Below the pieces are notes generated by a model. The model saw nothing but the letters and a program-made list of their open reading frames with translations, made no database searches and had not been told where the DNA came from. This document shows, in pieces, positions 29,503 to 39,240 of a DNA stretch of 64,000 nt. This DNA comes from a virus, in the IMG/VR virus record IMGVR_UViG_3300020248_000002, one strand, 5' to 3'. Numbering within the stretch: the first letter of the stretch is position 1; each line of letters begins with the position of its first letter. The translations under genes were made by a program, and so were the position numbers.

Positions 29503-32286
29503 ATGGCATCCACCCAACTTTCACCAGGGGTCGTTGTACTTGAGAAGGATCTGACAACAGTTGCAAATGCAACTTTAGATAATGTGGCAGTGATTGTTGG
29601 TTCCTTTGAAAAGGGTCCTGTTAACAAGATTGTTGACATTACAAGCGAGAAAGAATTACTTTCTATCTTTGGTAGACCTAATGATTATAACTACGAATAC
29701 TGGTTTAGTGCATCACAGTTCCTACTCTATGGCGGTACATTAAAAGTTATTAGAGCAGAAGCAAGTGCACTTAAAAACGCAATAGATACAGCACAAACAA
29801 CTCAGACTGTATTTTCTGGTTCAGACACAACTCTTACAGTTCAAAACAGTACAGACTTTGCTCAGAACGATTTCATATTAATCGACGCTGAAATTCTACA
29901 AGTAACTGCTGTTAACAGTAATGACCTTACAGTTCTACGTGGACAGTTAGCATCTGCTGCTACTTCACACGCTGCGGGATCTGCGGTCACATTAATTGAA
30001 GCAGCAGGAACTTCAACCACTATAAACGAAGGTGGAACACTTAGTGCTGCTGATACAACAATTACTGTTTCTGACGCAGGTACTCTTGGCGTACAGTTAA
30101 ATGACTACTTAAAGATTGAAGATGAGATAGTACGTGCATCTGCAATCGTTGGAAACAACATAACAGTAACACGTGGAGAACTAAGCACAACCGCTGCATC
30201 TCATACAGACGGTGTTGCTATTAGTCGTCTAACAGTTACAGTCGGTAAGACATCTATCAACGAAGTAACAACAACTGGTGTTACTGCACCTCTTATCAAA
30301 AACATTGAGCAGTATGAAACAACTGTTGAAACTGCTGCTAATGCTTGGAAGTGGGGTTCAAGATTCCCTGGAATCTATGGTAACTCTATAAGAGTTGTAA
30401 TGACAGATGCAGGTCCAGATCAAATCTTATCACTTGCAGAACCAACATCTGCTGAGTGGGACTTTTCAGATATAATTACAAACTCAACTAATGTAGTTTA
30501 CAACTTAGGAAACTCACAGGCAAAAGTATTTTCCTACACAATGGTCGTAACATTTGATGCAACTACAATCAATGGTGACTTCAAAAAAGATGAATACTGG
30601 AGAGCAGAGAGTTCTACAGGATCATCCGTTGACGTTCTTGGTCAAGTTGTAGCATACGATCCTGTAACAAGAAAGATTGAACTTAGCGTAGACTACGCCC
30701 AGTCATCTGACTTCTTACAAATAGGTGACGTTATTGCACTATGGGATGCAGCATCAGGTGGTAACAGAACTGGTGACAAAGCAACAGTACAAAGTGTTGA
30801 GCGTCAATTACGTGTTGTAAACGCAGCAGGTTCAGAAAACTTTGCAGCAAACTACACAATAGATGATGACAACACTTCTGGTGGTGGTATTCAAATCTTA
30901 AGTGTACGTTCAGATTACGAAGAGCGTTACTATGGTGGTGAGCAAAAATGGATCAACATTGCTCCACGTCCTACAACTTCTCCTTGGGTTTCAGATCGTG
31001 GTGGTGACAACGACCAGATGCACATCCTTGTACTTGATGGAGACGGAAAACTAACAGGAACTCCTGGATCACTTCTTGAGAAATTCCTATTTGTTTCTAA
31101 GTCCACAGATGCTAAAGGTGTACAGGGCGAAACACTATACTACAAAGACGTTATTAAAGCAAACTCAGCATACATTTACTGGGGTAGTCACGAAGGATCA
31201 TCTATAATGGATGTTGACGGTGCTGCTAATGGTGGATTTGGTTTATCAGGTGTGTCTCGTTCATTCGATCTTATCAAATACGGAACACCTCTTAAGACTA
31301 AAGAAACAAATTTAGGTCGCGAAATCATTGGTACAACTAACGGATCAACTGTTAAGTACACACTACAAGGTGGTGTTGACGGATATACAGTTGCTCGTTC
31401 TGACATCCTTGGAGGTTATGACCTCGTAGGTGATAAGGAAACAGTTGATGTAGATTACATCTTAATGGGTCCATCAATGGCAAGCACTAATGATACTGTT
31501 GCTAAAGCACAGAAGATCATTGACATTGCTGCAACTCGTAAAGATTGTATCGCATTTGTTTCTCCATCACGCGGAGACATTATTGGTCAGTCTGACACAA
31601 ATGTAATTGTGAACAAGACTATCGATATGTACGAGCAATTAGGTAGTACATCTTACGCGGTATTCGATAACAACTACAAATACATCTATGACAAGTATAA
31701 CGATCAATATCGTTACATTCCTTGTAACGCAGACGTTGCAGGTCTTGTACTAGGTGCAACATTAAATTCAGAAGCGTGGTTCTCACCCGCAGGATTTAAC
31801 AGAGGACAGTTACGTAACGCAATCAAACTTGCTTACTCTCCTCTAAAAGATCATAGAGACAAACTCTATGCTGCAAGAGTCAACCCAATCGTATCATTCC
31901 CAGGTCAGGGTATTGTACTATTCGGTGACAAGACTGCACTTTCATATCAATCAGCATTCGATAGAATTAACGTTCGTCGCTTGTTCTTGGTACTAGAAGA
32001 TGCAATCTCAGACGCAGCGAAAACACAACTATTTGAACTCAATGATGAGTTTACACGTTCTTCATTCAAGAACATTGTAGAACCATTCTTGCGTTCCATA
32101 CAATCTCGTCGCGGAATCGTTGATTTCTTGGTCGTTTGCGATACGAGCAATAACCCACCTGAGGCTATAGATAGAGGAGAGTTCTTCGCGGAGATATTCG
32201 TGAAACCAACACGCTCTATTAACTACATTACATTAACCTTCACTGCAACTAGAACTGGTTCTAGTTTCTCTGAAGTAACTAACTAA
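29503..32286 (+). CDS. gp18: tail sheath protein gp18
   Basis: LSPGVVVLEKD; WFSPAGFNRG; FDRINVRRLF; VKPTRSINYITLTF. Confidence 0.95.
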   Translation: MASTQLSPGVVVLEKDLTTVANATLDNVAVIVGSFEKGPVNKIVDITSEKELLSIFGRPNDYNYEYWFSASQFLLYGGTLKVIRAEASALKNAIDTAQTTQTVFSGSDTTLTVQNSTDFAQNDFILIDAEILQVTAVNSNDLTVLRGQLASAATSHAAGSAVTLIEAAGTSTTINEGGTLSAADTTITVSDAGTLGVQLNDYLKIEDEIVRASAIVGNNITVTRGELSTTAASHTDGVAISRLTVTVGKTSINEVTTTGVTAPLIKNIEQYETTVETAANAWKWGSRFPGIYGNSIRVVMTDAGPDQILSLAEPTSAEWDFSDIITNSTNVVYNLGNSQAKVFSYTMVVTFDATTINGDFKKDEYWRAESSTGSSVDVLGQVVAYDPVTRKIELSVDYAQSSDFLQIGDVIALWDAASGGNRTGDKATVQSVERQLRVVNAAGSENFAANYTIDDDNTSGGGIQILSVRSDYEERYYGGEQKWINIAPRPTTSPWVSDRGGDNDQMHILVLDGDGKLTGTPGSLLEKFLFVSKSTDAKGVQGETLYYKDVIKANSAYIYWGSHEGSSIMDVDGAANGGFGLSGVSRSFDLIKYGTPLKTKETNLGREIIGTTNGSTVKYTLQGGVDGYTVARSDILGGYDLVGDKETVDVDYILMGPSMASTNDTVAKAQKIIDIAATRKDCIAFVSPSRGDIIGQSDTNVIVNKTIDMYEQLGSTSYAVFDNNYKYIYDKYNDQYRYIPCNADVAGLVLGATLNSEAWFSPAGFNRGQLRNAIKLAYSPLKDHRDKLYAARVNPIVSFPGQGIVLFGDKTALSYQSAFDRINVRRLFLVLEDAISDAAKTQLFELNDEFTRSSFKNIVEPFLRSIQSRRGIVDFLVVCDTSNNPPEAIDRGEFFAEIFVKPTRSINYITLTFTATRTGSSFSEVTN

Positions 32287-32300
32287 TCAAGAGACTAACA

Positions 32301-32972
32301 ATGGCAGAAGCACAACCAGGACAGGTACAAGGTGCAAATATAAAAGCACCTATCTTTACCTTCCGAGATAACGTAAAGGACTTTGCACGTCCTAATCTGT
32401 TCCAAGTTGAAGTGTTTGCACCTCCTGTTTTACAGGATGCAATTACACCCCAACCTGGTGGAGTAAGTGGATCAACCGCAGAAGTTTTAGAAACATCAGC
32501 GGGTGGTTCACAATTAAACGCAGCATCAGCAAATGCGTTTGGTACATTCCTTGTAAAGGCAGCAAACATTCCTGCATCAGTTGTAGGAGTTGTTAACGTT
32601 CCTTACAGAGGAAGACAATTAAAAATTGCAGGTGATAGAACCTTTGAACCTTGGACAGTAACTGTACTTAATGATCAGTCATTTAAGTTCAGAGCATTCT
32701 TCGAGGCGTGGTCATCTAACATCCAAGCACTACAACAAAACTTCCAAAACTCAAATACTATTGCAGACTATCAGTCTACAGCAAAAGTTCGTCAGATGGA
32801 TCGTAAAGGAAACATCATCAGAACTTATAGATTTGAAGGTATCTGGCCAAGCAACATTAGTGCTATCGAACTTGACTGGGGAACAAATGACACTCCAGAA
32901 GAGTACACTGTAGAGTTCCAAGTACAATACTGGACATACGATACAGACGTAGATAGCGGAAACCAGTCATAA
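32301..32972 (+). CDS. gp19: tail tube protein gp19
   Basis: ARPNLFQV; VPYRGRQLKIAGDRTFEPWTVTV; GIWPSNISAIEL. Confidence 0.95.
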   Translation: MAEAQPGQVQGANIKAPIFTFRDNVKDFARPNLFQVEVFAPPVLQDAITPQPGGVSGSTAEVLETSAGGSQLNAASANAFGTFLVKAANIPASVVGVVNVPYRGRQLKIAGDRTFEPWTVTVLNDQSFKFRAFFEAWSSNIQALQQNFQNSNTIADYQSTAKVRQMDRKGNIIRTYRFEGIWPSNISAIELDWGTNDTPEEYTVEFQVQYWTYDTDVDSGNQS

Positions 32973-33023
32973 AAGGCGGTTTCTTACCTCGCTAAATAGT
33001 TACGTAGAACAGGTACATAGTTA

Positions 33024-34652
33024 ATGTCTCAACTTTTTGGTTATTCTCTTGAGCGTGCGAAGAAGGGTCAGAGTAATGGTCCTTCTTTTGTGCGTAAAGA
33101 ATCTGATGATGCTGCAACTCCCGTAGCAGGTGGTGGTTATTTTGGAACCGCTATTGACTTAGATGGTAGTTATAAAGACGAATCAGATCTTATTAGACGA
33201 TATAGAGAAATGTCCATTCACCCAGAGTGTGATAGGGCAGTGGATGATGTTGTCAATGAGGCAATCGCAGGTGACAGAGATGATAGTCCCGTAGATGTAG
33301 ACCTAGCAAACCTAGAAGTAAGTGCAGCGATACGCAAAAAAATCAGAGATGAGTTTCATAACGTTCTCAGATTACTAGATTTTGATAAGAAAGCATACGA
33401 TATATTCCGCAGATGGTACATAGATGGAAAGTTATATTATCATAAGGTCATTGATACTAAAAATCCTCGTCGTGGTATTACAGAGTTAAGGTACATTGAC
33501 CCCCGTAAGATTCGTAAAGTAATAGAATTTGAAGCAAAGAAAGATAGACAGTTTGTAGATCCACGCACAATGGAATCTTTGACTGCACCTAGATCAGCAG
33601 AATATTACGTTTACAATCAAAAAGGTTTACGTGGTCTTGAAACTACAGGGATCAAGATTGCATCTGATGCTATTGCTTTCTGCCACAGTGGTTTGAAAGA
33701 TATGAATAAGAATGTGATTATGTCACATTTACATAAGGCAATCAAAGCACTCAATCAACTTAGAATGATTGAAGATAGTCTTGTGATCTATAGATTATCA
33801 AGAGCACCAGAACGTAGAATATTCTACATTGATGTAGGTAATCTACCAAAACAAAAAGCGGAACAATACCTCCGTGAGGTTATGAGTCGCTATAGAAACA
33901 AGTTAGTTTACAATGCAGATACAGGAGAAATAAGAGATGACAGAAAATTTATGTCAATGCTCGAAGACTTCTGGTTGCCCAGAAGAGAAGGCGGGAGAGG
34001 CACTGAGATCACTACGCTCCCAGGTGGACAAAATCTTGGAGAACTTGAGGATGTCAAATACTTCCAAAAGAAACTATATCGTGCATTAAATGTACCAGAG
34101 TCTAGATTAGAATCTGATTCCACATTTAATTTGGGTCGTGCTGCTGAGATTACACGTGATGAAGTTAAATTCCAAAAGTTTGTCACACGTCTCCGCAAAA
34201 AATTCTCAGAATTATTCCACGATTTACTTAAAACACAATTAGTTTTAAAAGGTATCATCTCTATTGAAGAATGGGATGATATGTCTGAGCACATTCAGTA
34301 TGATTTTATCGCTGATAACTACTTCAGTGAATTAAAAGATCAAGAAATTCTGAATGAAAGATTGAATCTTGTTACTACAATGGATCCTTTTGCGGGTCGT
34401 TACTTCTCTCTTGATTACATACGTCGTAAGGTCTTACGCCAGTCAGACGCTGAGATTAAGGAGATTGATAAGCAAATGGAAAAAGAAATTAGCACTGGTA
34501 AATTACCAGATCCCGCTGCTCTTGATCCTATGACAGGAGAACCTATGGAGGGTGCACCAATGGATGCTCCACCAGAGGAAGAGTCCGAAGATATTACATC
34601 AACAGGACCCGAATCAGTGTCTCCCGCTGATTATAAACGCGGAGAATTCTAA
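33024..34652 (+). CDS. gp20: portal protein gp20
   Basis: IYRLSRAPERRIFYIDVGNLPK; EDFWLPRREGGRGTEITTLPGG. Confidence 0.97.
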   Translation: MSQLFGYSLERAKKGQSNGPSFVRKESDDAATPVAGGGYFGTAIDLDGSYKDESDLIRRYREMSIHPECDRAVDDVVNEAIAGDRDDSPVDVDLANLEVSAAIRKKIRDEFHNVLRLLDFDKKAYDIFRRWYIDGKLYYHKVIDTKNPRRGITELRYIDPRKIRKVIEFEAKKDRQFVDPRTMESLTAPRSAEYYVYNQKGLRGLETTGIKIASDAIAFCHSGLKDMNKNVIMSHLHKAIKALNQLRMIEDSLVIYRLSRAPERRIFYIDVGNLPKQKAEQYLREVMSRYRNKLVYNADTGEIRDDRKFMSMLEDFWLPRREGGRGTEITTLPGGQNLGELEDVKYFQKKLYRALNVPESRLESDSTFNLGRAAEITRDEVKFQKFVTRLRKKFSELFHDLLKTQLVLKGIISIEEWDDMSEHIQYDFIADNYFSELKDQEILNERLNLVTTMDPFAGRYFSLDYIRRKVLRQSDAEIKEIDKQMEKEISTGKLPDPAALDPMTGEPMEGAPMDAPPEEESEDITSTGPESVSPADYKRGEF

Positions 34653-34676
34653 ATAGTATTAATTGAGGAATTAATT

Positions 34677-34877
34677 ATGCCTAGCATTGGAGCTATGGAA
34701 ATAGTCAACAAACTCTTTTCTGGATCAAAAGATGTCAGTTCAGAGGTTGACGATGCGATGAATACAATGACCGCTGCTGCTATTGATCAGCAAAAAATTG
34801 AAATTGCAAAAAACTTTCTGTACGAACCAGAAGAAACAGAGGAAACATCTAATGAAACTGATAACGGAGAAGGTTGA
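34677..34877 (+). CDS. small acidic protein (prohead-core position)
   Basis: Lies between gp20 and gp21; GAGGA SD; late-promoter-like CTAAATA at 34649. Confidence 0.6.
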   Translation: MPSIGAMEIVNKLFSGSKDVSSEVDDAMNTMTAAAIDQQKIEIAKNFLYEPEETEETSNETDNGEG

Positions 34878-35499
34878 AGACGTACAAGTCTTAACTGAAG
34901 AGAAAAACGGTAAGAAAAAACTCTATATAGAAGGTACTTTTCTACAAGGAGAGATCAAAAACCGCAACGGAAGAATGTATCCGTTAGCAACTCTTGAGAG
35001 AGAAGTGTCTAAATATAATGAGTCATTCATAAAAAGCGGTCGTGCTCTTGGTGAGTTAGGTCATCCAGAAGGTCCTACCGTAAATTTAGATCGTGCATCT
35101 CATTTAATTACTTCTTTAGTGCAAGAAGGCAACAACTTCAGAGGTCGTGCTCGTATTCTCGAAACACCAATGGGTAACATTGCTAAGAACTTGCTTGATG
35201 AAGGAGTGAAACTTGGAGTTTCTTCACGTGGTATTGGATCATTAAAAGAAACTAATGGGTGTAAAGTTGTCGCTGATGACTATATGCTCGCTACAGCAGC
35301 AGATATTGTTGCTGATCCTTCCGCACCTGATGCTTTTGTCAATGGTATTATGGAAGGAAAAGAGTGGATATGGGCAAACGGACTTATAAAAGAGTCAGAA
35401 ATTGCACATATTAAACGTGGGTTAGACAATGCCCCTAGTAGTAAAGTCTTGGAAGAAAGAAAACTTTCCGCGTTTTCACAGTTCCTAGGAACTTTATAA
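34852..35499 (+). CDS. gp21: prohead protease gp21
   Basis: MKLITE start; NRNGRMY; ALGELGHP; GVSSRG; DIVADPSAPDA. Confidence 0.95.
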   Translation: MKLITEKVEDVQVLTEEKNGKKKLYIEGTFLQGEIKNRNGRMYPLATLEREVSKYNESFIKSGRALGELGHPEGPTVNLDRASHLITSLVQEGNNFRGRARILETPMGNIAKNLLDEGVKLGVSSRGIGSLKETNGCKVVADDYMLATAADIVADPSAPDAFVNGIMEGKEWIWANGLIKESEIAHIKRGLDNAPSSKVLEERKLSAFSQFLGTL

Positions 35500-35500
35500 T

Positions 35501-35508
35501 TATAAATA
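35501..35508 (+). promoter_or_regulatory. late promoter TATAAATA
   Basis: Exact consensus, upstream of gp22. Confidence 0.8.
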
Positions 35509-35549
35509 ATTGTTAGAAAAACTGTATTAAAGTTAACAAGGAGACACAA

Positions 35550-36548
35550 ATGTCCGCGAATGAAAAAGTTATGACACCCGAAGATTCTAAGCAGGAAGTC
35601 ACCGAAGCAAAATTTGACGGTGCTGTATCTGATCAGTCTACTTTAGGTGCAGTTCAAGATCTTGGAGGTCCTACTCCAACGAACTCTAAACCTGATGATG
35701 AGTCAAACAAACTCAAGACTGGTGGTGGTCCAACAGCGACTGCTCCAAAAACAAAACCTTCTGATGCTAGTCCTCAGAAGCACGAGTCTGTTGAAGCAGA
35801 AAATGCAGAAGGCGACAACCTTATTGAGGTTGACTTATCCGCTGATGTAGCAGCACTCACAGAGGGTGAGGACCTTTCCGAAGAATTCAAAGAAAAAGCA
35901 ACTACTATTTTTGAAGCAGCAGTTGTTTCTCGTTTGAATGAGGAAGTGGGTAAGATCCACGAAGAGTACGCTTCCACTCTTTCAGAGGAAGTAGAAAAGA
36001 TTAAGACAGAACTTGCTGAGAAAGTTGATGAGTATCTTACATACGCAACTCAGCAATGGTTAGACAGTAACCAACTCGAAGTCGAAAATGGTCTTAAAGC
36101 AGAGATCGCTGAGAGTGTAGTTTCTGGTCTTAAAAAGGTTTTCGTTGAGAATCACATTGAGGTTCCTGACGAGAAAGCAGACGTTGTTGATGCAATGACT
36201 GCTGAATTAGATAATATGGAAACAAAACTCAACGAGCAAATTGAAGCTAACGTTGAACTTACTAAAAAGGTAAGTGCCTTTGTTAAGAATGGGATTGTGA
36301 ACGAAGTAGCAGAAGGTTTAGCATCTACCGAAAAGGAGAAGTTATCCCAACTTGCTGAGGGTGTTGAGTTTGAAGATGAAGAGTCATTCCGCAATAAGGT
36401 AGCAACTCTTAAGGAGAGTTATTATCCTAGCAAACCTGCTGCTCCTGCAACAGAAACTATTGCTGAAGACGTACAACCTGTTGTGGATACAGATATGACT
36501 GAAAGTATGTCACGTTACGTGGATGCTTTACGTCGTTGGACTAAGTGA
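35550..36548 (+). CDS. gp22: prohead scaffold protein gp22
   Basis: Acidic coiled coil; LSEEFKEKATTIFEAAV; LKESYY. Confidence 0.9.
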   Translation: MSANEKVMTPEDSKQEVTEAKFDGAVSDQSTLGAVQDLGGPTPTNSKPDDESNKLKTGGGPTATAPKTKPSDASPQKHESVEAENAEGDNLIEVDLSADVAALTEGEDLSEEFKEKATTIFEAAVVSRLNEEVGKIHEEYASTLSEEVEKIKTELAEKVDEYLTYATQQWLDSNQLEVENGLKAEIAESVVSGLKKVFVENHIEVPDEKADVVDAMTAELDNMETKLNEQIEANVELTKKVSAFVKNGIVNEVAEGLASTEKEKLSQLAEGVEFEDEESFRNKVATLKESYYPSKPAAPATETIAEDVQPVVDTDMTESMSRYVDALRRWTK

Positions 36549-36605
36549 TAAAAATACCCTAAACAACTTTTAAAAAAATACTTTTCCTGGAGGGGAAATA
36601 CGCAA

Positions 36606-37973
36606 ATGTTTAATTCTGAACAGTTGCAGGAAAAGTGGAACCCTGTTCTTGACTGTGATGGTCTTGATGGTATCAAGGACAATTACAGAAAAGCAGTTAC
36701 CGCTGTCCTGTTAGAAAACCAAGAAAAATTCCTACGCGAAGAAGCAGGAATTTTAACTGAAGCAGCACCTACAAACTCTACTGGATCTTCAAGTTCAGCA
36801 GCAGGTTTTAGTGCTACTGCTACAGCAACTGGTCCTGTTGCAGGTTTCGACCCAGTTCTAATCTCATTGATTAGAAGATCAATGCCTAAGTTAATCGCTT
36901 ATGACATTGCGGGTGTACAACCTATGACTGGTCCAACTGGACTCATCTTTGCGATGAGATCTAGATACGGAACCAACCGTGCATCTGGTACTGAAGCATT
37001 CTTCAACGAAGCAGATTCACAATTCACTGGTACTGACGCTGCTCAGACAAGTGGATTCGGTTCACAAGGTTCTGCACAAGCAGGATCAAACCCAGGTCTA
37101 CTAAATGATTCTGGTACATACACAAACGGTACAGGAATGAGAACTGATGAGTCTGAGACTCTAGGTACTGGTTCTAATGCCTTCGCTGAAATGAACTTCA
37201 GCATTGAGAAAGTTACTGTGACTGCTAAGTCCAGAGCACTCAAGGCAGAGTACAGTTTGGAACTAGCACAGGATCTTAAAGCAGTTCACGGTTTAGACGC
37301 TGAGTCTGAATTGGCAAACATTCTATCTACAGAAGTTCTTGCTGAAATCAACCGTGAAGTTGTTAGAACTGTTTACAAGATCGCAAGACCTGGTGCTCAG
37401 AACAACACTGCTACCGCAGGTATCTTCGACTTAGACGTAGACTCCAATGGTAGATGGTCTGTTGAGAAGTTCAAAGGACTTCTATTCCAGATCGAGAGAG
37501 ATATGAACGCAATCGGGCACGAAACTCGTCGCGGAAAAGGGAACATAATCATATGTTCTGCTGACGTTGCTTCAGCACTCTCAATGGCAGGTGTACTTGA
37601 TTACACTCCTGCTCTACAAGGTAACAGCAACCTACTTCCAGATGATAACTCCTCAACACTTGCAGGAACATTAAACGGAAGAATCAAGGTTTATGTTGAC
37701 CCATATTCAGCAAACGTAAGTGACAGACACTTCTATGTTGCAGGATACAAAGGATCTTCTGCATATGATGCAGGATTATTCTACTGTCCATATGTTCCTC
37801 TACAAATGGTAAGAGCAGTTGGTCAGGACACATTCCAACCAAAAATCGGATTTAAGACAAGATACGGTCTTGTTGCAAACCCATTCGCGGAAGGTACAAC
37901 TCAAGGAGAGGGAGCACTTACTGCTAACGCTAACCGTTATTACAGAAGAGTTCTTGTTGATAACCTAATGTAA
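36606..37973 (+). CDS. gp23: major capsid protein gp23
   Basis: GVQPMTGPTGLIFAMR; SRALKAEYSLELAQDLKAVHGLDAE; FQPKIGFKTRYG. Confidence 0.98.
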   Translation: MFNSEQLQEKWNPVLDCDGLDGIKDNYRKAVTAVLLENQEKFLREEAGILTEAAPTNSTGSSSSAAGFSATATATGPVAGFDPVLISLIRRSMPKLIAYDIAGVQPMTGPTGLIFAMRSRYGTNRASGTEAFFNEADSQFTGTDAAQTSGFGSQGSAQAGSNPGLLNDSGTYTNGTGMRTDESETLGTGSNAFAEMNFSIEKVTVTAKSRALKAEYSLELAQDLKAVHGLDAESELANILSTEVLAEINREVVRTVYKIARPGAQNNTATAGIFDLDVDSNGRWSVEKFKGLLFQIERDMNAIGHETRRGKGNIIICSADVASALSMAGVLDYTPALQGNSNLLPDDNSSTLAGTLNGRIKVYVDPYSANVSDRHFYVAGYKGSSAYDAGLFYCPYVPLQMVRAVGQDTFQPKIGFKTRYGLVANPFAEGTTQGEGALTANANRYYRRVLVDNLM

Positions 37974-37994
37974 GCAATCGCTTATATTCTTTAC

Positions 37995-38020
37995 AAAGAC
38001 CCCTTCGGGGGTCTTTTTTT
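37995..38020 (+). terminator. intrinsic terminator after gp23
   Basis: AAAGACCCC-TTCG-GGGGTCTTT followed by a T-run; cUUCGg loop typical of T4-like phages. Confidence 0.9.
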
Positions 38021-38050
38021 ATGTTAAATAATGGGAGGTTGAACATTTCT

Positions 38051-38215
38051 ATGAACGGACGATTGAACAAAGTTCAAATGCTTGCAAAAGTTATGCGTAT
38101 GAAAGATGGTCTGCACAGACATCAGTGGTATCCTCATTGGAATGATGAAGAACGTGCTGCTGCACAGATGATATTAAATAACGTTCTTGATGTTCTAGAC
38201 GAATACTGGGAGTAG
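38051..38215 (+). CDS. conserved cyanophage hypothetical protein
   Basis: GGAGG SD upstream; MNGRLNKVQM...LNNVLDVLDEY. Confidence 0.65.
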   Translation: MNGRLNKVQMLAKVMRMKDGLHRHQWYPHWNDEERAAAQMILNNVLDVLDEYWE

Positions 38216-38223
38216 TATAAATA
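38216..38223 (+). promoter_or_regulatory. late promoter TATAAATA
   Basis: Exact consensus, upstream of gp3. Confidence 0.8.
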
Positions 38224-38250
38224 AAATTACGGAAACAACTAATATCGTAA

Positions 38251-38808
38251 ATGTCTTTTCCAACGCAAATAAGCAATAGGAATTTCCTTAGTCCAGGTGG
38301 TTTCCGATTTACCTTAGCGAAGTATCCTAAGATTGCATACTATTGTCAATCAGCAAACATACCCGCTATATCAGTCGGTGAACTAACTCAACCAACACCA
38401 TTCAGACCTATTCCATTTGAAGGTGTATTAAACTATCAAACATTATCATTAAGATTCTTAGTAGATGAGGGTCTTGAAAACTATCTAATTATCCATAACT
38501 GGATGAGAGGACTTGGTGTTCCTGAGAAGTTTAAAGAAAGACAGGAAATGATTGACGCAAACCCTAATAATTTTTCACCAGGAATAGGTGATAAAGAATT
38601 TGCAGACGGAACTCTTACTGTATTGAATAGTAATTTTCAACCTTCATTCAATATAGTATTCAGAGATATGTTCCCAATAGCATTGAATACACTAGAGTTT
38701 GACGCTGCTTTATCTGACACCGAATACTTTAATTCTGTGGTAGAATTTAACTATCTAGATTATGAAATACGTAGTCTAACAGGAGATCGTTTAACAACCT
38801 TAAAATAA
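38251..38808 (+). CDS. gp3: tail tube terminator / completion protein gp3
   Basis: NRNFLSPGGFRF; CQSANIP; FLVDEGLENY..IHNW; FRDMFP. Confidence 0.85.
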   Translation: MSFPTQISNRNFLSPGGFRFTLAKYPKIAYYCQSANIPAISVGELTQPTPFRPIPFEGVLNYQTLSLRFLVDEGLENYLIIHNWMRGLGVPEKFKERQEMIDANPNNFSPGIGDKEFADGTLTVLNSNFQPSFNIVFRDMFPIALNTLEFDAALSDTEYFNSVVEFNYLDYEIRSLTGDRLTTLK

Positions 38809-38811
38809 AAT

Positions 38812-39240
38812 ATGGACCCACTTGAAGTGATTAAGCAGTCTTGGGCAGGAGACTGTATTTTTGATGAAGACAAATTAGATCAAGAGTCGTTAAAGATACC
38901 ATCTTTACACGCAAAGTATCAAGACTATTGGTCAAAGTATTCTTTAATACTAGAAGATAATAAGAAAAAACTTAGTGTCTTGAGGAGAGACAAGTATCTT
39001 TTTTATACTGGTAAAGCAGATGCGGAAGTATATAAAGATAATCCTTTTGATTTAAAAGTATTGAAGAATGATCTGAATACTTTTATGGAAGCAGACGAGG
39101 ACATACAGACTCAGCAATTAAAAATAGCATACTTTGAAACTGTTATAAATTATTTGGAAGGGGTGTTAAAACAAATTAACAACAGAACCTACCACATTAA
39201 AAATGCCCTTGAACATAGACGTTTTGAAGCAGGTTTCTAA
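38812..39240 (+). CDS. uvsY: recombination mediator UvsY
   Basis: ESLKIPSLHAKY; FYTGKA; RTYHIKNALE. Confidence 0.9.
   Translation: MDPLEVIKQSWAGDCIFDEDKLDQESLKIPSLHAKYQDYWSKYSLILEDNKKKLSVLRRDKYLFYTGKADAEVYKDNPFDLKVLKNDLNTFMEADEDIQTQQLKIAYFETVINYLEGVLKQINNRTYHIKNALEHRRFEAGF

Noticed and set aside
34783-34851. ORF-track N-terminal extensions of gp21 (also gp16, gp45, hsp20, 46136, 49541, 62460)
   Set aside because: Downstream ATGs match the known family N-termini, in several cases with a clear SD or gene overlap.
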